From positions 6,424,586 through 6,488,585 of the forward strand of contig JAUZTB010000017.1 of NCBI GenBank assembly GCA_034780895.1: DNA of 64,000 bases, read 5' to 3'. The stretch's first letter is position 1. Each line of letters opens with the position of its first letter. A program made the position numbers and the translations under genes. Source of the DNA: Rhynchobatus australiae. Taxonomy: Eukaryota. Of this stretch, positions 55,012 to 64,000 are shown one piece after another. The notes beneath the pieces were generated by a model. The model was not told the DNA's origin and did not search any database. It was given only the letters and a program-made list of their open reading frames with translations.

Positions 55012-55165
55012 ATAAAAATAGAATATTCTGGGAAACAGCAGGCCAGGCAGCATCTGTGCAGAGGGACCGTTGGTCGAAACGATAGGAATCTGAAATGTTA
55101 ACTCTTGTTTCTCTCTCTGCAGATGCTGCCTGACCTACTGTGTATTTCCACTGTTTTCTGTTTCT
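55012..55165. mobile_element. Inverted pair of Penelope pLTR tails (fold-back)
   Basis: cagcaggccaggcagcatctg pairs with cagatgctgcctgacctactg. The loop side retains ctgaaatgttaact. Confidence 0.75.
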
Positions 55166-55339
55166 CTTTTTCAACGATGATGGCTAATCTGCCATTTTTT
55201 GCTTTCCAGTTGCTTGAGTACTTGTACATTATTAAATTATAATTTACCTTAAACCAGTTTTGATGTATGAAATTTCTTCTTTCAATTTCGGACTGGGCTG
55301 AAGAACTAATTATATAAACACAGAAAAATAGCAGGCTGA

Positions 55340-56345
55340 GAGCAAGCACAACACAGGCCTAAAAAATATGTGATAGGAGGTAGAAGGTAGTGGTAAGTGG
55401 GTGTTTTTCTGACTGGAAGTACTGCAGGGATTGATACTAGGGCCTTTTTGTTTGAAATATACATAAATGACTTGGATGAGAATGTAGATGGTCTGATTAA
55501 GTAAGGTTGCAGACCACACGAAAATTAGTGGAGTTGTAGATAGTGAAGAGGGTTGTCTAAGGATACAGTGAGACATAAATCAGCTAGAAAGCTGGGTGAA
55601 GTGGTTGCAGATGGAATTTAATACAGACGAGTGTAAGGTAATGCATTTTTGGAAGCCAAGCTCTGGTAGGACATATCGAGCAAATGACAGGAACCTTGGA
55701 ATGTTGATGTACAGAGAGACCTCAGGGTGTAAGTCCATAGCTCCCTTAAAATAGAGACAGGTAGGTACAGTACTGAAGAAAACATTCGTAGAAAACATAC
55801 TGAAGAAAACATCGTAGGTCAAGGCATTGAGTATAAGAGCTGGCATGTGATGTTGCAGCTGTACAAAACATTGGTTAGACTCCACTTGGGAGTATAGTTT
55901 GCGGTTCTGGTCACCACACTGTAGAAAGGGTGTAGTAGCAATAGAAAGAGTGCAGAAGAGATTCATCAGGATGTTGCCATGTGGTTATACACCATAGTTT
56001 TTCTCCCAGGATAGGGGAGTCTGGAATTAGAGGGCACAGATTTAAGGTGAGAGGCGAGAAATTTAAAGGAAATATGAAGTGTAAGTTTTTCCATACCAGG
56101 GGGTGGTGGTTATCTGGAACAAGCTGCCAGAGGTGGTGGTAGAGGTGGATACAAGTACAACATTTAAGCGGCACAGAAACAAATTTCTGGAGGAACTCAG
56201 TGGATCAGGCAGCATCTGCGAAGCAGAGGGATGGTCAGTGTTTTGGGTCAAAATCCAGTATCAGGGTATTTGGATAGGTACTTGGATAGGAAAGGCAGAC
56301 ATATGGGTGCTGAAAGGGGTCGGTTTCTGTGACGTATGATTCTAT
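55340..56345 (+). mobile_element. CR1-like LINE (RT to tail) with nested pLTR module at about 56175-56265
   Basis: YINDLDENVDGLISKVAD-type remnant, ERVQKRFIRML and tail. Interrupted by a minus-strand Penelope module. Confidence 0.88.
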
Positions 56346-58898
56346 GATAAAAGTCAAATCTGGTCTGAAAGCAAATTGGATTTGCAAAAAACTGCACTAC
56401 TGTACTTCTGTTTTTATATCTGAGATGCAAAATTAACATGTTACTTTTCTGTATTGGTCTCTAAAGTCATTTAAATTAACACATTTAAGACCATAAATTC
56501 AACTTTCAGGATTGAACTTGGCAGCCCTCTTGTGGGTGTTTTGAGCATAGAAATGCAGGACCTTTCTTTGTTCCTTTAATCTTTAAGGAATAAAGTTATA
56601 CAATAGCAGTACCTTAATGACTTAGTATATTTCATACACCCAGAACAATTATTCATTTTTTCTTTTTATATTTGTAGTATCTTTAATTTGCATGAAATAA
56701 ATTTCTTCTGCAATAATTTCATCCACGTAGGCATTGCGTACAGTTAATTTCTGAGCTGCCTGTTTTAATTCTAAAGCACCTATTTCGTTATTGTCTGCAA
56801 ATCTGTCCAGTTTTCAGGAATTTTAGTGCAAGTCATTCCTGCAAATTGGGGTCAGTACTTTCAACATTGAATCCAGTGAGTGTCACACAGTTTCCCCTCC
56901 TGAACATTGGCACGCCTTTAACCAGTACCCATTGATTTCCTCCTTTAAACCAATCCTGATCCATGCTCAAGTCTTCTTGTTAATCCCCAGAGCTTTGATC
57001 TTTGTTAACAGAATCTCTTGTGAAACATTTCATAAAGTTTCACAAAGTCCTAGGACATTGTATTACACCAATTTCCAGGTTGGCTGGTGGCCAGGCGTCT
57101 CCTATGTCTAAAATCTTATCATTCTATAAACTACGTTTACAGAAACTTCTCAAATTTTCTCCTGATAATCTACCTTTTGTACAGTATTGAAGGGAGGCCA
57201 ATGGGACTGCAGTTAGTTACATCTTGTGTCATTTTGTGAATTAGCTATTTTCCAATCTGGAACCTCCTGAGTCCATTGACACAAATCTCTTCACCAGGGG
57301 ATTATTTGTTTTAAGCCCTTTTAGATTGCTTGTGATTGCTGTCAAATTGAGTGAATTGAATAGTTTTATCCATGCTCATAATTTTTCCTGCCCACCCCCC
57401 CCCCCAAAGTTTTATGTGTGTCATTATGTAGTTTTTTTTTAAGAAATTGATTGGGACTTTGGAGCTATTTCAATATCGCCTGTTCTACACTTGTGACAAA
57501 ATTGAATTTCATATTTTTAGTTAACTGGCTGAACTGAGATGCAACCTCTATTCAGTTTATTTATTTATAATTTTTTGGGGAGCTTAGCATTGGTGGGGTA
57601 TCGGTGAGTAAGTGCCTCTTAACAGAACTAACTTCTATCCCTTTCCTAACAACTGAGGGTAGACTGATTGGACAGTAATTAACCCAAATGGATTTATCCA
57701 TCTTTTTGTGAACAGTATGTATTAAAAATAAACTCATTTAGAAAACATTGAGTACAAATTAGAGGCTATTAAAAAGGCTGACCTAGGCAATTTCTATTAA
57801 ATGCATTTTTTCCAGAGATTTAGTTCACATCTGTTCAATTTTAGAAGGAATTTCAAAATATGAAGTGTAATTATTTAAAATTAAACTGCAGTGCGGTTTT
57901 TCTCAGATGTTTGAATTTAACAGAACTGTCAAAGTTCAAAATACTGATTGTAAAAGATTGATTTTTTTTTCCTTCCCTTCACTATTATCCCATATATTGG
58001 ATGTTTATAAGTAGCGAGCCTGAATCATGTGGCAGATATTCAAGATCTCAAAACATTCCAGACCAATTTCCAATAATTGTCAGTGCACTTTGGTTCCACA
58101 CTGTGTATAACGAAAATAAAAGGAAATCCTCGACAGTGACGTCTTTTGCAACGGAGGATTTTGTTATGATTTTCTAATTTCAATATTTTAGTATATTTAT
58201 TCTTCCTTCCTTTTAGTGTTTTGTGATTTCCCAGGCCTCAGTAATTACAAAAAAACTGCCTCTGACCCAGTTTTGGAAAGTTGTCAAAAAGCATATTAAA
58301 TTGACAAAGTCCAAACCTAAATGAAGTGGAAGCTGTGGAATTAAACTGAGACATCACCTAGGTAGTATTAAGCAGCTTGGACCAGAATAATTCAGATTGC
58401 TATTCTCAACTCACCTGGCTGGACTCAGATGGGAATAGTTATGCTGCTGAAAGTCACAAGAATAGATGTGATGGATTGGTTGCAAAGCCACCCACAGTAG
58501 AGAGAATGTTGATGCTTGCTGCCTGAGTTTGTATGTGACTCTTGTCAGTTGACTGAGGTTTCAAAGGATGGCTGTGAAACAGTGCCCTATCAAAGATTCA
58601 TCAGTTCAGAAATGGAGGGAAGAAAAGTAGATTTATTCTCTTGGTTGGGGGGCATTTTGGCAAAGGATGGGCATTTAATATTTGCTCTGAAACATTCCAA
58701 GGGTCTGTAGGACTTGTGATTAAAGTTTGAGGCAATATATCCTGTATTATGCTTAATCTTTGATTTATTGATGTTGCCTTTGTGTACAATCCATTTATTG
58801 GACTTCTGTTGCTTTAATTATTATACATAAGATGCATGAGGTCTCATATTTTCCGATATTAATTATTACTTTTCTCTCTTATTCCATTTCCACTGTAG

Positions 58899-58961
58899 TT
58901 CCCTTGTCTCTGTCTCGTACTTTTGCTGTCAGCAGAACAGAATCATTGGCTGGTTCACCAG
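58899..58961 (+). CDS. CNNM2: CNNM2 exon 6 (small symmetric exon, alternatively spliced in mammals)
   Basis: Long pyrimidine tract and ctgtag acceptor, donor CAG|gtaaat, 63 nt, phase 1-1. Translates (V)[20 protein letters not shown](G), compared with human [23 protein letters not shown] as recalled. Confidence 0.93.
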
Positions 58962-60089
58962 GTAAATTTGCACATATTAATTCAAGCTCTTGTCTGTTAA
59001 AGTTGCAATTTGCAAACATCAGAGATGTTCATCCCATGTCAAACTGAAACCTTCACAGTACATTGTAAGATGCAGCTATTATTTTGTTGGAGCACTTTTG
59101 CAGCATAAAGAAACGTAAACTCATTCAATCACATATAGAATTCTCAGTCATGGATGAAATTTTCAGTTCTTACAATTACAACACTGTATAATTTGTCCAT
59201 TTTTCATTTGATCAAAACGTGTAAGGTAGATCTGGAGCAATGGCTACTCTGGAAGGAAATGGCAGCCATGAAACAGGGATTTCTAATAATGTCCTAAATC
59301 ATATTTGTGGAAGTTGCCCTGAGGAAGAAAGGAACTAGCAGGACCCAGACATTTAGATCACAGCATATACAGTACATAGCAAAGCACTATTTTAGCATGA
59401 CATGTGCTCTTGTAGCTGTGCCATCAATGTGGTAACACAAATAATGATCGGACTGAATGTGACTGAGTATATTTAAAGATTATGATGTTAAAGTAGGCTC
59501 ATGTTGAGATTATATTCTCTAAGTAACTGTTTATTTATGTCTTGGTGTGGTTCTCCTAAAGGTTTACATAACCTATTGAAATCTCTGTGCTCTTCTAATT
59601 CTGGTATCTTGCGCTGCCAGTTTTCAGTTTTCTACTCTGTCCTTAAGTTACTGTTAGGGACCCTATATAGCACTGCTACCAGTGACTTCCTACCCTAACT
59701 ATTTCTTATATCTACCTAAACTGATTCTGCATCTTGAGCTGGAGCCAAGATGATTCCTCACCAATGCACTGAATCTGTCCTTTTAAAACAAACATTCCTC
59801 CACTTCCTTTTTCTTTCTGCCTAAACTTACAAAATATCAAATACCTCTTGAAAATTCAGTTCCCAACCTTGGTCACCTGCAATCACATTGCTATAATGAC
59901 TGTCAGATATTCTCCATACATTTCAACTCATCTATCTTGTTGCAAGTGCTGTGTGCATTCAGATAAATTGCCTTTAATTTAACACTTCCTTTTTTTTCTT
60001 ATACTGAATCTATTTGATGGTGCACTCCTCTGCTTGTACTCTCAGTACCTTCCGGATATGCTCTCGTTATTTAATATTTCTAACTACAT

Positions 60090-60410
60090 CGTAGGAAGCC
60101 ATTTGACCCATCGTTATTGGTTTTACATAGAATGAATGGCTCAGGGCGACTCCATTCCCCTACTTCCCTATAACCTGCTCTTTCAAACATGCCCATTTAT
60201 ACCTGCTGATTCTTCTACCACCCAGCTACACAAGGGGTAAGATACACTTAACCTAACAACCAGCACATCTTGGGATATGTGAGGAAGCCGAAGCACTGGA
60301 GGAAACCCACGCTGTAACACAGAACATGAATACTCCTCACAGCACCTGAGGCTAAAATCCAACCCAGATCACTGCGAGACAGTTGCACTAGCTGCAGTGC
60401 CATTGTGCCA
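60090..60410 (-). mobile_element. Old V-SINE
   Basis: gtgaggaagccgaagcactggaggaaacccacgc V-domain, with a decayed tRNA head. Confidence 0.68.
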
Positions 60411-60534
60411 TGAGTTGTTACCTCTGTTATTGCTCTGTACTATTGCTTTCTTCTTTGTCTTTGCCTTCCTAAATAACCCATTCACACATTTTCCAGCTTA
60501 GCTTTTCCCTCTCTGATTCCACCTTTGGGTTCCC

Positions 60535-61360
60535 ATAGAGTCTTACAGCACAGAAATGGGCTTTTGGCCCATTGTTTCCATTCCAAGCCATGACGTATCC
60601 ATATATACTAATCCCATATTCCAGCACTTGCTCCATAGCCTTGATGATTTGAGTGCTTATCTAAATACTTCATAAATATTGTGAGAATCACTGTTTCCAC
60701 TAACACTGACTCAGGCTTCACAGATTCAAACCACCCTCTCAATGAAAAAAGTTCTTCCTCAGATCCCCTCTAAATCTCCTACCACTAGTTTTTGGCAGCT
60801 CTGCTATGGGGAATTTTCTCCCTGCTTCCCTTGTTAGTAGCCCTCATAACCTTGCATACCTCAATCAGCCTCTTCTACTCAAGGAAATAAAATCCAGCCG
60901 GTCCTGTCTCCTCATAACTGGAATGTTCTGTCCCAGGTAATATCCTGGTGAATTTCCTCTGCACCCTGTCAAATGCAAAGTTATCTTCTGTGAAGACCAG
61001 AACTGCACACAGTACTACAGCTGTGGCCTGACTAATGCTTTATAAAGTTATCCCATAACCTCACTGCACTTAAATTCTGTGCAGGGTCCTGACCAGACAA
61101 TTGCTCACTGCACCCCCCCCATAGATGCCTCTTGATCTGATGAGTTCCTCCAGCAGATTGATTGTTGCATCTGCAGTCTCTTGTGTCTTAAGTTCTATGT
61201 CTTGGTGAATGATGACAAGTATCCCTTAAGCTTTCTTCACCAGCATATTTACCTGTGCTGCCAGCTTCTGGGATTCTTGGACTTGTACACCAATGTCACT
61301 CTGTTGCTCTGTACTCCATACGGCATTACTGTTCATTGTGTGCCATTCATCCACCTGCCA
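60535..61360 (-). mobile_element. CR1-like LINE 3' part with nested pLTR module at 61082-61186
   Basis: Tail catagagtcttacagcacagaaatgggc..ggccc, and atcctggtgaatttcctctgcaccct, gaccagaactgcacacagtact. Confidence 0.85.
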
Positions 61361-63554
61361 CACCTATTAAGTGTTTAATGAAAGTATTGAGAGGGTAGAA
61401 ATTTACCTCCTTGCATTTTTAGCAGTTCAGCAATAGTTTTATCCATAATTCTTTTGATGTGAGGAATGTTCTTGTAGGCTATTTTACTGGAAAAATTCAA
61501 ATTAGTGTAACTGATACCATAAACAATGGCATCCATACACTCTCTATTGCCTTTCCATCTTATGGTTTTGTTTCTGCCTTCTCATATAAAGGTACTTTAT
61601 CAATCGATTTTTAGTGATTACTTCTCTATATTGTGTAGAATTTGTATTACATGGTCTTCATGGGAAGGGTTGTTGGAAGCTGGTGGGTTCTGTATTTCTC
61701 AGGGATACACANNNACTGCTAAAGGCTTGGATGGACTCTCGCAAAATTCAGGGCAAGCCAGCAGGCCATCATGTCCAAATCTTCATGTTCTCCTTACTCC
61801 TGTGGTTCTGAAATAGGATGAAATCCACTAGCTTTTCTATGGAAGTAGTGGAAATGCCTGAAATTGTTATGACAAGTCCTTTGTCTGAGAATTTTAACAT
61901 AATGTATACACGTTAAGTTTATTCATGGAAAATTAAGTTGTGCATTTCCAAGAGTATTTTGTAAGATTGTGACTGGAATTTGAAATAGGATTACATGAAG
62001 AAAAGTTGGACCATATATGGGATGGAAAGACTTTGTTTTCCATCCTATAATAGCATTTGTGTTTACATCACCAGATTCAGATTCTTCACTGTATTAACCC
62101 TTGCAATTTTAGCAGTTTCAAAAAATACTTTGTGCCTCCGTAAGATTTCAGGGAGCACTTCTTTAACAAAAAATTATTAATAATGTTGAACCATTGTTTT
62201 TCTTCCTGTTTTATTAACAATCTCCTTCACTGGCCTACTTCTGTTCTTGCTCTCACCCCTGCCTTTAGCCTTTTCCTTCTTATTAAGACATCCTTGTCTT
62301 GTACTCATTTTTGCAATAATGGCTGACATGCCATTTGCCCACCATCTTACTTGTACCAGCATGGCACTTTTGTGCATTTCATGAACTGACAGACAGTATA
62401 TACTAGTTTCTCATGGTTTAAAGAGCTTAAGTAGATTTGAGTTGGAGCCATTTTATTTTATACATTATCAGCAAAGTCCATTTAGCATATAAAATATCTC
62501 AAAGAATTGATTTTACTTTGCCCACCTGTTCGAAATACCCGTTGTCCAAATGTCTAGTATATCTACAGGCTGTTATTGGAGGTGGACCTCCATTCTATGT
62601 GAAAGAAAAAATACTTCTGGAGATGTTTGGGAGCAATTGTGCTATCCAGCTTAAACAAAATAGGCCGTAGAATTGTTCAGTACAATAAACTTGTGCTTCA
62701 GGATTACAAATTCAAATGATGAAAACTGGGCATTAAAAAGGTTTTCAAAACTATTATGGATTATTGTTTAGTTTCTGAATTTACAGATGGCATTAGTGAA
62801 TGTTTAAATCAGAACAATGTCCTTGACTGGGTCAAACTATAAAAACAGGGAAAGATTTTTAATGTTTTGGGTGGTGCACTCAGTCTCTGAATTCTTACAG
62901 GATGCTGTGCTTCATGATAATGCACAAGAGTTTAATGTTCACATGATATTTTTCACATGACCTCATACACAAGTGACCATAATTTAGTTTTCCAAGTCCT
63001 AGATTGTTATGATTACACTCCTGAGATTTTCAGGATTCCTGACTTAAGAATATGGGGTGACCTTCAGTTTGTTGCATTGTTTACTCATTAGAAAATATCC
63101 AGTGATAAATTTCAAATACCTTTCCTCACTCCTTATATGGATGACAATGAAATATATTCAACATCGAAGTCCCAGTAATTGTTTCCTTTATATTTCATTC
63201 CATAGAACCAATTAAAATGATTACTCATTAATTTGATATCACATGGTGCCCGTTTTGTTCAGCACTAAACAATTGATGTGTAAGATCATATTGAAATGTT
63301 GTCTGGAGAACAGGGAATAGCGAGTAGGGATAAAGGGAACATAGTCCGGCGTGGCATAATATTTCTCATTGTCCTTACTGGGTTCTGGTCTTTGACCTGG
63401 GCCTCCTGATCTATTATCTTTTATTTTTAAGTTGTATTTTTGCTCATATCCCTTTAAATTGCTGTAAAAATATTCTACAGAGCTATGATGTAGTTTGCAC
63501 ACTGTGCCACTAGTGGAAGGAATAAACTATTGTTGAAGGATGAGACTTGACCTT

Positions 63555-64000
63555 GGGGGAAAGTGCCAAATTGGGGGAAGGCTAATTACAGCAGTATTAG
63601 GCAGGAACTGGGGAGAGTAGATTGGGAGTGGCTGTTATTGGGAATTCTGCATCTGACATGGGAGTAGTTTAAAGTCCAGTTTGTCAGAATTCAGGTACAA
63701 CATGTTCCAGTGAGGAAGAAAGGCAAGAATGGCAAGGTTCGAAAACCTTGGATGATAAGAGCCGTTGCAAGTTTACACAAATGAAAAAGGAAGCATATGA
63801 AGTCATTGAGTAATACAGCATGGAAATAGGCCCTTTAGCCCAATGTGGCGGCACAACATGGTGGGTAGAAGGGCCTGTATTGTGCTGTATTGTTCTGTGG
63901 TTCTATGTTTTTTGTCTTTGGAGAGAAGGAGGATGAGAGGTGACTTGATAGAGGTCTACAAGATGATAAGAGGCATAGATCGAGTGGACAGTCAGAGACT
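63555..64000 (+). mobile_element. Cluster of CR1-like fragments continuing beyond the window
   Basis: KANYSSIRQELGRVDW-type ORF2 piece, two inverted 3' tails, then SLERRRMRGDLIEVYKMIRGIDRVDSQR at the window edge. Confidence 0.82.

Noticed and set aside
58962-64000. CNNM2 exon 7 (ENKSPPRP-like)
   Set aside because: Not found in any frame. Presumably downstream of the window.

Overview
AT-rich, repeat-dense vertebrate genomic DNA with N-gaps. The repeat families (CR1/HER1-like LINEs, V-SINEs, Penelope-like elements) suggest a shark or ray, which is an inference. The whole window lies inside one + strand gene, the Mg2+-transport regulator CNNM2. It covers the last ~36 kb of intron 1, then exons 2-6 (144, 138, 170, 94 and 63 nt), which splice into one open frame spanning CBS2, the linker and most of the CNBH domain. 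Exon 1 and the final exons lie outside the window. The introns hold decayed retroelements (CR1, Rex1/Babar, Tx1-like L1, L2, Penelope, V-SINEs), two TA-flanked MITEs and a TG...CA LTR with a 4-bp target-site duplication. Most interesting: (1) about 11 copies of a short Penelope terminal module carrying a minimal hammerhead-ribozyme fold, most detached from coding sequence and one with its own TSD; (2) a GC-AG intron after exon 3; (3) a recursive-splice-like AG|GTAAAT start to exon 2; (4) a 70-nt GC-rich four-way-junction insert; (5) a CpG-retaining patch with a CTCF-like motif; (6) an unexplained ~225-bp direct repeat. Almost all other ORFs in the supplied track are repeat-derived or spurious. 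I see no convincing new protein-coding system. All comparisons to human CNNM2 and repeat consensuses are from memory, not database searches.
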